A stretch of 64,000 nt of DNA, taken from assembly GCF_006345805.1 (NCBI RefSeq), contig NC_043000.1, positions 59,458,001-59,522,000 on the forward strand. The letters are read 5' to 3'. This DNA is from Octopus sinensis (taxonomy: Eukaryota). The notes under the pieces were generated by a model. That model did no database searches and was not told the DNA's origin. It saw only the letters and a program-made list of their open reading frames with translations. Shown here in pieces: positions 42,501 through 56,560 of the stretch. The translations under genes and the position numbers were made by a program. How positions within the stretch are numbered: the stretch's first letter is position 1; every line of letters begins with the position of its first letter.

Positions 42501-45500
42501 ACATATAATCATTATAGAGGTTAGTTAGCAACAAAACATTAATAGTAAATATACAGGGAATTTGAGAAAACGTGACCAAAATTAAGATAACAGCTAGAAG
42601 TGGTATGACCAAAAGAAAAGAAATTCTTTGTTGATATCACATATAACTACTCAACTATAACTGATCCATTTCTATTTTTAAGTTACACTGCAGACAAAAG
42701 CAAAGCCACTTTATACCAAAAATATACATTTGAGTTGTGTAAATCAACAGTTTAACTGTTGATATCATCAGTAAGGAAAAACAAAATTACCAAAAGAAAG
42801 AAAAAAAGTTACTCAATTGTACTGTCAAGGAAATATATACACACTTGTATTTTTCAAACCAAAAACTATTAAATACTGAAGTAGACAGCAACCTAACAAC
42901 TGTACTGCAACCTTCATTGTTTATCTTTTCTTTTGTGTTATGGATCTCATGGAAGGATCACAGTTTTCTTAGCTGATATTTGTTCCACTCATCCTACGTT
43001 GTATCAAGGAAGTATAACAGATAATAAACATTACATATAGGTAATTTTGGTAAGGCACACAGAACACGTTTAATATGCTTTTTGCTTTTATTTACAAAAA
43101 TAATATCTATAGATTTTGGTAAGCTAGCTTCTGATATCACTTGGATTCTTAATAGGAACCATTTCATTTCACTGACACTGTTGATGCCTTGAGTAAGGCA
43201 TGAATTTCATGACACATATTACACACATACATACAGATTTTATTTATATATATATATATATATATACCAGCATCAATTCAATTGATTTTATATTTGTAAC
43301 CAAGTGCTAACATGGGAAATCAATATCTTAAAGTTAGACATGGAGAAACAAAAACACAGTTAATTAACACCAAGGATGTAATTAAGTCTGGAGGCTATGA
43401 AACAATAATTGGTAAACAATTGTGAGGTGTGGCACTTGAATACATAAATTTACTGGACTACATGTTCATAACCTCTTTTTTTCTATGTAAAACAAATTGA
43501 TTTCCTTTCTTTTTCTTCTATTCTAGGCTTCCTTTCTTAAAATTACACAAACTTAAGCCATTTCTCCACACCTTTTCTGGCAGCTTGCACATATATTATC
43601 AGATGACTGTAACTTTAAGGATGAAGCAATAATGGATATGAGAACCAATGCTTTGTTCTAAAACACAACACTTACATCTTATGAAAATCAAATGTATAAT
43701 CCAGTCTCCACTGAGCAGTTATTGATATCCTGACTATATACAATATAGAGAGGGCTGAAAAATGAATTCCAATGTTTGCATGGCAAGTGTTTCTCTTGAT
43801 ATTTTAAAAAGTAGAGACATACTGTATATGAAATAACACTTATTTCAATAAAGAGAAATGAATTATATACGTTTGTTTGTGTATCAGACAAGAACTTAAA
43901 GAGGACATTCTCATATCATTGGTTATTTATTTGTCACCTAATACATGAAATAGACAACATACATTTAACCCTAGAAATTTCAGAATTAAACAAACCACTG
44001 CTTTAACTAGAGTCAAATCAAAGAAGACAAAATATTATGACTTTTAATTCCACATCATATATTTTGCAGTATATCAGCGCAAAACAATTCTATAGATTTG
44101 ACAATCTGAAATAGAATAACCTACTGAGATCTCTTGTCAAATTAACATAATTTACATTAGAGTAACATACCATTCTTATGAACTAATACAGAGAAAGTGG
44201 ATTACTGAAATCAGGATATCGAACAACCACCATATCTTTGTCACTAACATTGCACTGTGTCTCTGTGACTAAAGCACTGAGCACCCTAACCACCAAGGTC
44301 AGCTATATACAGTTGGATAAGAAAAATATGCTGTTGTAAGCAGTAATACGTTGTAAAATTTTTGCTTCACTTGTAGTGTTGAGTTCAATTCTCAAGAGGA
44401 AAAACTTCTCTGTAATAGACTAGGGTTTTATCCAAGGAGAAAACTGTCTTATCTACTTAATACTATGGAAACTAGATATATCCTAGCCCACAGAACTGCA
44501 TTAGTTTATGGAAGGACAACCATCATCATGGTTCATTATAAACCTAAAGAATTCTCAAGAACATTAATACAGACATACCTCGACTTAAGTCATTTTGATT
44601 TAAGTCGTTCTCGATTATACATCAGTTTTCAAAAATAATATAGGAAAAATAGAAATCAAGTTAAGTCATTTTACTCGACTTTACACCTATTCGCCACAAA
44701 TAATCGTAAAATCCCTAGAAAACTGTTAAAAGCACATAAAATCATGTTACTGTACAATAAATAAGAATAAAAGCATATAAAAATCATTAAATGATTTTAT
44801 GTGCTTTTATTCTTATTTATATAAAATCAGTAAATGTTAAGATAACCACCATAAAGTAGTGTAGCTTAGTGAGTGAAATCATGAAATCACAAAATTGTGT
44901 GTACGTATTGATAAATGTAAAATAATTAAAATTTTTTTACAATTGCGAAATAATAATAATTATTGAATTTGTTTTTGAAGCTTAAAAAAGGCTTTTATTT
45001 TACCATGTCTTATTACAAACCGCATAAAGTGTTCGCAATGTATGGTAAACACCATAAAATTGTGTAATTTAGATTCTTTTTTTTTTTTGTTACTGTACTG
45101 TATTAGAAAATAAAAATTGTTTGTAAGCTTAAAATAGGTTTTTATTGGATATGGTTATTATCGGTTTAGCCTAGAGACAAGTAAATTTGGCCTAGGCTAG
45201 AGAAGTTAATTCAACTTAAGTCGTGTCTCCTGGAACCAATTAACTACAGAGGGTGAGGTATGCCTGTATTTGTATAATCATATTTTCTGGATGAAAACGC
45301 CAGTTAAATGAAAAGGAAGACTGTCATCTCATCAATAAATAAGGACATCAGTAATTACAATTAACAGTTTAATTGCTAACTGCAACTGGAGAATTGCAAG
45401 CATTTTAAAGTGTCAAATGGAACAGAATCTATAAGATTAAGGAAATCTAAATAAATATAATAAAGCTTGACAGTTGCAGTAATATGTTGTAGAATTATAT

Positions 45501-46320
45501 TTGAGTTCAAGCTCTGGTTATTTGCAAGCTTAGTCCTAAGAAACCTGCTTTCTGTGTATAGCTTTTAAGATGTCAGAAGCAAACTATTTAATAAGGGATA
45601 ATCATAAAAAAAATGGAAGTACATTTTTTTTCTTGCTAATTAACAGTTAGATAATATAAGCTGTCATAATTATGTTAGTATTTAGTCTCATCTGAATAAT
45701 ATTATCTATGTATTGTACCTACCACCTTAAATAATTCTATGTTTCTAAGAAAGACAATTTAATTTTAAATATGAGCCATTTAATTATATTACTTTACACA
45801 CAACACAATGGCTATAGCTGGTGTACATACACCACCAGTCCACCTTCTCCATTGATCTTGACAACTTTGACAGAACTCCTATTACCTTACACTACCTCTC
45901 CCTTCATATATATACACATATACATACATACGTATATATATATATATTGATACACACACACATATATACACATGCACATGTGAAGGCACATGGCTCAGTG
46001 GTTAGAGTGTTGAGCTTACGATCATGAGGTTGTGAGTTCGATTCCCAGATTGGGCTGTATGTTGTGTTCTTGAGTAAGACAATTATTTCACATTGTTCCA
46101 GTTAACTCAGCTGTACAAATGAGTTGCGACATCACTGGTGCCAAGCTATACTGGCCTTTGCCTTTTCCTTGGATAACCTCAGTGGTGTAGAGAAGGAAGG
46201 CTGATATGCATGGGCAACTGCTGGCCTTCCACAAACAACCTTGCCCAGACTTGTTCCTCGGAGGGTAACTTTCTTTCCAGGTGCAATCCCATGGTCATTC
46301 ATGACCGAAGGGGGTATTCT

Positions 46321-46364
<44 letters not shown>

Positions 46365-46387
46365 TATACATACATACACATATGTAC

Positions 46388-46428
<41 letters not shown>

Positions 46429-49400
46429 GACATATATATATGAGGGAGGGCATGTAACAGTCCTCTCTCTTTCTCTCATATATATACACACACACACACA
46501 TTTACATCCAGAGAAAAGCCTTCCATTTTAGTAACCACTTCTGAACTGCCCTAAAAACTTGAAGATGATCCAAGATCTGGACATCCTGCAACTGGCACCA
46601 CCAAAGAAAACATTGATCATATTCACCACATGCTGATGGATGTAAATCAAAAAAGCATATCCCATAAAAAAAAATTGAGAACATCTTGCACAATGAACTT
46701 GGCATGAGGGAAGTTTCTGTTTGGTGGGTGCCATGTTTTCTGACACCTTATCAAAAGCACACCAGGCTGAACAGTTCTTAACCCAGGATATGTGTTGAGC
46801 CAAAGACTAAGAGACAATCCATACAGTGGAAATACCCCTCCTTATCTGCTCCAAAGAAGGCCAAGGTCATTTAATCTGCAAGGAGGGAAATGGCCTGTTT
46901 TTCGGAAGCAAAAAACACTGTGTTTATTGACTATCTTCAAAAGGGCCAAACCATCAATGGACAGTCCTATGCCAACTTGCTGAGTAGTTATGAAAGGCTA
47001 TCAAGACCAAATGCTCAGAAAAGAGGTCTTGTTTCATCAGGACAATGCTCCAGCATACAAGTCCTTGGTTTCAATGGCTGCTCAGCATGACTGTGGCTTT
47101 GAATTGGTTGATCACCATTCCTATTTTGATTTGGTCTCATCTGACTACCATCTGTTCCTCAACATGAAAAAACACTTGACTGGGAACCAGTATTGCAGTG
47201 ATGATGATGATGTCATATATGTCATTGATGATTTTTTTGACCAACAGGATGAAAGCTTTTTCACCAATGAGATTCAATCACCGCAACACTAATAGAAGAA
47301 ATGCATGAACTGCAAGGAGGATTATGTTGAAAAATAACCTCATTTGGTCAGATTCGATGACAGTATTTTGTTCAGCCTATGAACCTTTCAGCTGACCCTC
47401 ACGGTAATAGAAAAGTATAAAAAATCTGGTAGCAATAACCACACACACAAGAGTTGATTGTTTTTCACAATACATACACATATTTGCTTTTATGTCTATT
47501 TTTCCATGCTTGCATGGGTTAGATGAACATTTTGAGACATGTACAACAAGATGCCCTTCTGATTGCTAATCCTTACTTGTTTTTCAACAGAAGGATCTCT
47601 TATTATGTCTCTGAAGGTACAAAGCCAGTGGAGGCTTTGTTGATAAGACAACAAACTTCAATACTTGTAATTTACTGATCTTCAGAGAAATTCAAATGTG
47701 AACAAACACACCTAAGACAGGCTTTTTTTCAGTTTCCATGAAGCCAAATCCCACAAGGTATTTGGCACGAACCCACAAGGCTTTGATCAGCCCAAGCTAT
47801 GATACACCGGAGTACTTGAAGGTGCAAAACAGTGGAATTGAACTTGAAAGTATGCAGCTGGGAAGTGAACTTCTTAACCACATAGCCATTTGTGTGTAAA
47901 TATAAGAACACATAATTGTAAATGGTAAAACCATTTATATGCTATTTTGTATACTTAATTATTACATGTAATCTTTTCTCTCCAGACTATTTCATCTTCT
48001 TAGATGTCTTGCAGAGATACTGCTTCAAAATGTTAACAATATATCAAAAATTTGGAAAATATTTAAAAATAAAAATAATAAATGTCAACAATTATTTAGT
48101 TATTTAACAAAGACAAAACTATCCATGCAAAATAATACAAGAGTTACAGACATTGAGTTGTTCTTTATATGATTTATGAGAAAGAAAGAAAGAAAACCTT
48201 TTAAACTTTTCTCATAAAACTGCAGCAAATCAACACATGTGTTGCTTCATTAATGTCTTAAACCAGCATGTTTGCACAATAAAAAAAATTATCATTAGCA
48301 TCATCATTTGACGCTGATGTTCCATGCTGGCATGGGTTGGATGGTTTGACAGGATTCGATTGGCCCAAGGACTGCATCACATTCCACTGTCTGCTCTGTC
48401 ATGGGTTCTACAACTGAATGCTTTTCTTATTTCCATATAAGTAAAATATGGCTTACAAATTCTGAAGCTTTTTTTTTCTTTGGTTACTCACTTCATCTTA
48501 TTCAGTAGAAATTAAAACCTTTGTTAGTTATTTTATCCAGTAGAACACATGTTTAATAAATGAGTTACAATGGATATTAGACTACAGTCATGAACATTAT
48601 AACATGGTAAACTCTAATATTATTTTGTCATACTTTTACAATTTTAGTTCATAATTTCTGTGAACAATAGTAATCAATGGATTACTACACTTATGATGAC
48701 AAGAAAGACAAGACAGCATCAGTACTCAATTTGAATTGCCCAGTTTCTTGCCTTTCTCAATATCATGTGTGGGTTTACATCATATGTGCATGTATAAATG
48801 TCAAAGTGATTACTTTAAAGCAATTTTGAAAATAACAACTGAGCATTTACCATTGGTGTAACTCTATATTGATAGTACAGTCACCTTGGAATATCCATGT
48901 AAATACAAATACACATCAAACTTTACATAATTAAGTTCCAGATGTGCTGATAATTAGTCGAAACAACTAACTTATATAATGATATCAATAACAGCAACAT
49001 CGTCACTGTACTTATTAAAAGTATTTTTGTTTTTTAATCAAAATCTCCTTTCACATTTTGCCCACATCATAAAACATTATCTCTCTCTCTCTCTCTGTCT
49101 GAGTATTCAAATAATCATTTTCCTTTTAAATTTAATTCAAATATATAAAATTCAGTTGTAGTAAGGTTACTTTGAACAGTTTTATTATGACCTTCACTCA
49201 TGAACGCACACATCCTGTTTTCAAAAAACCTACAGCACTTGTTAACATACGAGACATTTCCTATGAAATTACTATACAGCAATTATAGTGTCGATATAAA
49301 TAAGAACAGTTTCTTCCAGCAAGTTGTTCTCAAGACTTTATAAATAATAGCACAGTATAAAATACTATCATTCAGCACTTCAAACTAAATTTTCTGAGTC

Positions 49401-52400
49401 AGTAAGCCTGAGCAGTTACTGACTCTTTGAGATACCCGACGATAGCATAACAAACAGTGCCTTTGCTTTATCAATAGAGTGATTATACTGATTGATTGAT
49501 TTTGGGAAAGTACAACAAATATTTTAATAAAGGGAGCTCACAAAATAGAAAACAGGCAGACATATAGTCAAGTGGGACAATATGTTCACCTAAAACAATT
49601 AGCAAAAGCATGGTAAATGCTACCAAGTCATACTCACTTGCTAGTGACTGTTAGGGTTTATGATTTAGCAATATCACCATATTGAGCTTCCCTAACAGTT
49701 GCATCTTCTTACTTAAACACTAATATATTTCAAATAAAGGATTGTTTAACCTGTAGCAAATCACTGATTGGTTGTATCTAACAACACTTTCTACATATAT
49801 CTCTATATATAATATATATATATAGCTATTAAGTTAGACATGGCCTGGACCAATCATTGGTCGAAACACATCTAAGTTTATCTAAGTTTATATATATATA
49901 CATATATAAAAGCTTTTCATCCTTCAGACTGAAAAGCTTCTTCATAAGGCTCCAAATGCAACTCTTCAATTATAGATATTCATATAAAATATACTTTTCT
50001 TTGTAAACTCAAGTTTGCAAACCAATTTTTTTTTATAGAAAAGGGGAAATTTTATGATGAATATTAAATAAAAAAAGGGAAAGAGATTTGAAAATTTCAC
50101 TATTTTTTTTATATGGATTTAGTTTTTCAGTCATTAAAGACATCACTCTGAAATAATATATTATATTTGTTATCACCTCTAGTCAATTTCCATTTAAAAC
50201 CTTTAAAAGTTAATTCTCATTTCACCCATGTTCCAAGATAATTCTTTCTTCAATAAACACAAGGCCTGAAACTTTTGTGGGGAGGTGCTAGTATTTACAT
50301 CAACCCCAGTGCTCACAACTGGTACTTATCAAAAATATAAAAGGAAAAGTCGACCAAGATAATAGTTAAAACATTTTTAAGCTGTTACAACAACCCAAAA
50401 TATAGTCAGAAATAACCTGCATAGCTGCTATGGCATCCTAATTGAAAACAGGGTTTTACAGTGTATGCAATTAGTAGAGTTATTTAGTGTAAGTATATTA
50501 ATTACCTCATCGAGTGGAGCCAGCCCCAACTGTGACGTTCGGGTGCTGTGACACTTGTCTGGTAAACTGTAATCCATTGAGACTTCTGATTCGTCTGAAG
50601 AATCGTCATTTGTTGAGTGCTGAGAAAGCAAGTCAGAAAGTGGATCACTTCCTGAAATCACAAGAAAAATCAACGTGTTTAGTTATTACCTTAATGAATT
50701 ATACACATTGGAGAGAACAAAACACTACAAAAATGCACACAGATAGATTAATGTCTCAAAACAGAATAATAATATTTTTAAAAATGTAAAACAAACCCAC
50801 AAACTTTCATTTCCAATATAACAGTGTACTTTATAAGAATTAATGAACATGGATATACATACTCTAACCTAGGCATGTTTAAAGATGTTTTCTAGACAAA
50901 GCTGAATTGAATGGCACTGTCTTAGAAATACACACTATATGCATGTCTAACTATAATAGGTAATATAGAATATTTACACTGTCTAAACAACACATGCCAA
51001 CACCAACTGAAGAAAATAAGATGTATAAATAATTCAAAACTGTTGGAGATGAAGTTGATTCCCTTCACCAGGAAACAGTTATAGTGATTATATCTTATAA
51101 CAAATAGACTAAGAGTTTTATATCATATAATAAATAGAATATTAGTTGCTCGTGATAACCTGATTAAAGTATTTTAGGTTTAGAAAAAATATTATGAATG
51201 TCTGAAGTGGGCTGGGAGACTTAGTAAGATACCATTTATTGTGAAACCATAAGCATTAGTTTCATGTTGTTTTCTTTTAAGACAAAATGCAAGTCCATAA
51301 TTGTTTCAACTGCCAAAGGGAGGGCTCACATACTTTAATGTTCAGAAAATGGCTTTGATAATGATATACTGATTTGTTAGCAACTTAGAGAGATCTAGAA
51401 GAAAAATTAACCATAAGATCTTTGATAGAATTGACTGAAAATCTATTGAGATTAAAAAATACAGCATCAATTACTTTCTTTAATAGTTACAGCCAGAGAA
51501 ATTATAGAAGGATAACAACAAAACAAAAATACTTTCATACAACAATATATAAGAGACAAATAGTGAAGTAATAGTTTTTTTTACCTGTAGACTTTCGAAC
51601 AAAGAGACGTCGCCACAAAGTACCATGAGTCTTTGGTACCGCAGCCATTATTAAAACAATTAGCTTGGCATTAAAGGTAATATTCAAATACAATGTTACA
51701 CTCACAATACTTTATATGTCAACACAAATCCATCAGTATTGAGCAGATTTAGTAACTGATTAAAATCATACTTTGGCTTAACATCATAGATGGAAATAAA
51801 GGCTTACACTGATACTAAAAACATGTCCTAAAGAGTAGAGATAGATAATATTTAGTTTTATGAATGTCTTCAATATAAAACTACCACACTGAAAGCAATT
51901 CCAGGTCCCCATTCTATCAACTGGGCTTAAGAAAAGCAGTGAACATTAACGAATACTCCATTGTTTTTATTTTGGCTGCAATGTCTATTAAGAATGTTAC
52001 ACTCCCTTATATCCGTCCTAACTTATTTACAAACATCACTACTTTATTATGTTATTATGTATTACAAACAACCGGCTTGGTTTAAAAGTGCATGCAAGAA
52101 TGTGTGTGTGTGCGTGTGTTTTGAAAACACGAGAGGGAAGTGAGAATAAGCGTATCAAGGAGAGAAAGTGTGAGCCTGAAACAGGAAATGGAAAGAGGAA
52201 AAACAATGAAAAAAGATTTATATGTGTGAGAGAGAAAAGAAATATATCAATATGAGAAGTGAGCTGTTGAGAAAGAGAGAGAGAGAAGGGAAGAAACGAA
52301 AAGTGGGGATGTGAAAGAGAATGAGTATGTGATTTTTTTTTTCTTGCAACATAAAATAATTAGAAAATTAATGTTTCATTGTCTTTTGGGAAAATTCACA

Positions 52401-55400
52401 GAGAAATACAAAAATACAGCGTGCAGACTGTAATTATTACTTTTCCTTAAAAAGTAACACCACTTTACATTAAGCTCAAAACACAATCACATATACATGC
52501 ACAAACACATTATTAACTTCCAGTAGACGAGATTGCTTTGGTTAATTTAGCAATTACAGACTTTTCTCTATTAAATGATTCATTAGAGCTCATTCTGTCT
52601 AACACTGTTTCAAGAAATACCGACCATTACTATTGGAACATAATAAGAGCTAAGAATGTCATCTTCATAATTTTACATATTGTTGCCAATATTTTCAAGG
52701 GTTGGAGAAATTCAGAAACTTAAACCTTTGCTTACAATGAATATTTCATTGCTATAAATAACACACAGAATGTAACTAATATAATACCCTATTTTGATTG
52801 ATTAACGTTTTCACGAATATATTTCACTTAAAATATATTGTCTATACTGCAAATAAGTTTTAAAATAACCAAAAATTTGAAGAGATTTTAGTAAATTAAT
52901 TTTTTCCATTATTAAGTTGGTTTTTGGAACATATCTGAAACTGTAATGGAACAATAGTCTCAGGCAGGTTGATACTGAAAGACTTAAAGCAGAGAGCTGC
53001 GTGCAACTGGCTGAATTGATATAAGTTCACCGGTTGAAAGATATTTATATCACTTCTATGGTATGCTGTGTCTAGAAAAGGCTCACACTGGTCCATTTAT
53101 CGAACTATAAATATGAACCTAAACAGTACAGTTCACTGGTATAGATGATGAAGGGCATTGCACAATTTATATGGTTTTTGTTTAACATGTGTTTTCCATT
53201 AAATTTCCAACAGTTTTCATGCTTCTTTCGTTTCAGCATCACTATCATTTTGCACATACATTTTACTCCAATGATGTCCCAATTCCAAGAAACCAATAAT
53301 TTTAGTAATTAAAGATAAAAAAAAAATCCATCCACATGGCTGTGCGATAAGAAGTTTGCTTCCCAACCACATGACTCTGGGTTCAGTCCCACAGTGTGAC
53401 ATCTTGGGCAAGTGTCTTCTACTATAGCCTCAGGCTGACCAAAGCCTTATGAGTGGATTTGGAAGACAGGGATGGAAAGAGGCCAACGTCATATATGTGT
53501 GTGTCTCCACAATCATTTGACCACCAGTGTTGATTTGTTTACAACCCTATAACTTAGCAGTTCAGTCAAAGAGACCGATAGAATAAGTACTAGGTTTTAA
53601 AAAAATTAAGTACTGGGGTTGATTCATTTGACTAAAAACTTCAAGGTGGTGCCCCAGCAAGGCAGCAGTCTAATGACTGAAACAAGTAAAAGATAATGCA
53701 CAAAAAATAAGTGACCCCCCCACCACCACACACACACAAAAAAAAAAACCAAGGTATAACTTATTATAAATAGTGACTACACTACTAAGTATTGCGGAAA
53801 CAGAATTATATTACATATCCACTAAAAATATTTGGAAATAAATACTTTGGTTTGTTAAGTATACCCAATGACAAGCAATAATCAGCTGGCATATTTATCA
53901 TTTGACATAGCTGCAGATAGTACAAAACTGGTGAAAATGGCAAAGAAAATCCTTAAAAGAAATCATTATTATAGAATTGTTATTCAGGAAATAAGAACTC
54001 AGTAACTTGTGAATAACTTTTAAACTTCAATCTCAATTAATTCCTTTGTAAATTAACAAAAAAAAAAAGAAATATGGAGAATAAATACATTGAAATGTTT
54101 TCTGAGCTACATTTAAAGACCATACTTCTTCACCCATAAATTGATAGTAAAAGTAACAACTTTTGCCACATTCTATTATTGTTTAGGACAGATATTTATA
54201 TGACTAATTCTGCAATGAGTCATACTTAATATTTAAATATTCTTACAAGTAAAATGCAGGCTTTAAAACAACTTATTAAAAATCTAATATGTACTAGATA
54301 CACAAGTACATATTAGATATGTGTATGTCTGGATTGTTTAGATTATAAACCAAAAATTATGAAAATCTTTCCTAATACAGACTACCAGGACTGCGTGGAC
54401 TGGATGTATTCAAAGTATCAGAGAAACTGTCTTCCATATCAGTTTTATCTGTCCTTATGGAATGGACTGTCCATATTTATTATGGTACCAGCACTACAGA
54501 GGCTTGGTAACAAGATGGGATTTGATGGTGAAAAATACAAAATGTAAAAGTATAACCTGATGTCATATTGGGAAGAAGTGGTTAGATAAGACCTGAAAAC
54601 ATTGGGCTTCCTAAGTGAGATGATGCAAACTTGAAATGCATGATGTGATATTTATTGCAGACATATCCATGTCATGCATGAGTATACAAATGAATGATAA
54701 AATAATAAGGATACTTTATAGTTAGTTTACATTAATAGAAGGAAGGTTATTTTTGAAGTATTAAACTCTACTAAATTTGGCCAGTAGCCAGATAAAACTG
54801 AAAGCGGACAAATAATTATTCATTATGTCATATTTACCATAGATCAACTGCCATGACAGGCTCCAGACTTACTAACAGGAAACTATATTGCTAAATTACA
54901 AAAGGAGATCATTAGCAAATTAATTAACTCATGTGTACAACATCATACATGAGATCTATGTACAAAATGTCTGTTTTTGCACATAAAATAACTTTGATTT
55001 TAAAAACAAATGTTATTTAGCCTCAGATCAACTCTAATCCAGTGGATGTATGGCCAAAGGTATCCAAACCATGACCATTCCAGGTTATTTAGAGCTCATA
55101 TATCTTTAACTACTTTTATATGAACCCTCCTTTTATTAAGTCAGAGTGTGATTTAAGGGAGATTTGGTTGCTATTTTTAGAGGGTCAAGTAACTATACAA
55201 AGGCTTCCTTGCTGGCTTGTAAAACAAAACATCTACAGTTAAGGTAAATTTTCTCATTTCTCAATATCCTGTAAAGACATAACCATTTCACTTCTTATTC
55301 TTATACAAGATATTGTAAATAACTACTAAATCTTGTAAAAAATACAATCAACATTTCCATGGGTGGTAGTTCTATATAATAATTTAGACATAAATAACAG

Positions 55401-56529
55401 CTGGCCAAAACTGATAATTCGAATGCAGAGAAGTAGCCTTCCACTTAAAAGTCTAAATGGTATATTTTGTCAAGTGGAATGGTCTAATTTGTTTTCCAAC
55501 AGAGTATCTCAGGAAAACATTTTGGTTGACAGTACAACTGAAAAGCATCAACAAAACTACCAAATCTCCATTTTTCCCCTTCACTCTTTTAACAAACAGA
55601 ATTGAGTTTTGGCTATTATATATCATACGATAAAGACCAGATTGTATCTATAATTGGATTCTGTTAGAAAGTTGCAAGAATTGCCACCTTCCTTCTAAAG
55701 ACTAAATGAAGTATAAACAAAATATCAAGAGCAGAAGGAATAATTTTCTAATAATAGAATTTAGAGTAAGATAAGATTAACCTGTGAGTAGTGTAAGAAT
55801 GTACAACTGGTGCAAAAGAAAACCTCTTACGTCATTAAAGAAATGTGTAAACTATTTGCTCAGTGATAAGAGATCCTACTTTAATCAAAAGCAAGAAAGA
55901 GATGAGAACAGAAACAAGATTAAGAGATTTACCTAATGTTTGTGACATTTGATAAATTAGGGCATAATTTGCAACAACAACTAGAATGACTTTGTATACA
56001 AAACTAACTCAATTATTGAAAACATAGAATACTGCTGATTGAGTCAAACCCATTAAGCTACAGGTGTCTATTTTATAAACTCAAAATTTGAACCCAGAGC
56101 CTAGAAGGAGCAGTGCAAATACTGTTATATATCTAGTCTGGTTTCCTATTTCTACCAATTTACTATCCTTTCCATAGCATCAATAATAATAATAACCCTT
56201 TCTACTAAAGGCACAAGGCCTGAAATTTGGGGGATAGTGGGGACTAGTTGATTACATTGACCCCATAGTGACAGGTGAAATACACCTAAGCATTTTGTCA
56301 GCTCACCGCCTTATAATAATTCATTCTACTATAGGCATAAGGCCTGAAATTTTGGGCGAGATAGGTAGTCAATTAAATCGACCCCAGTTTTTAACTTGTA
56401 CTTAATTTATCAACCCTGAAGAGATGAAAAGCAAAATTGACCTCAGCAGAATATATAATCAGATCGCAAAGATGGTCGAAATGTCGCTAAGCATTTTGCC
56501 CAGCATGCAAACGGTTCTGCTAGCTCGCC

Positions 56530-56560
<31 letters not shown>

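Noticed and set aside
45985-46055. tRNA gene candidates (also 8225-8285, 4020-4090, 34380-34440)
   Set aside because: A and B boxes are present, but there is no complete acceptor stem and each continues into a SINE body.
49840-49875. Palindrome GACCAATCATTGGTC followed by GAAAC, like hammerhead stem II
   Set aside because: The CUGANGA box is missing. At best a decayed relic or a chance palindrome.
54560-54650. WEEVVRxDLKTLG-like peptide; similar faint LINE-like traces at about 27000-27450 and 59300-60800
   Set aside because: Probably very old LINE remnants, too degraded to delimit or classify by eye.
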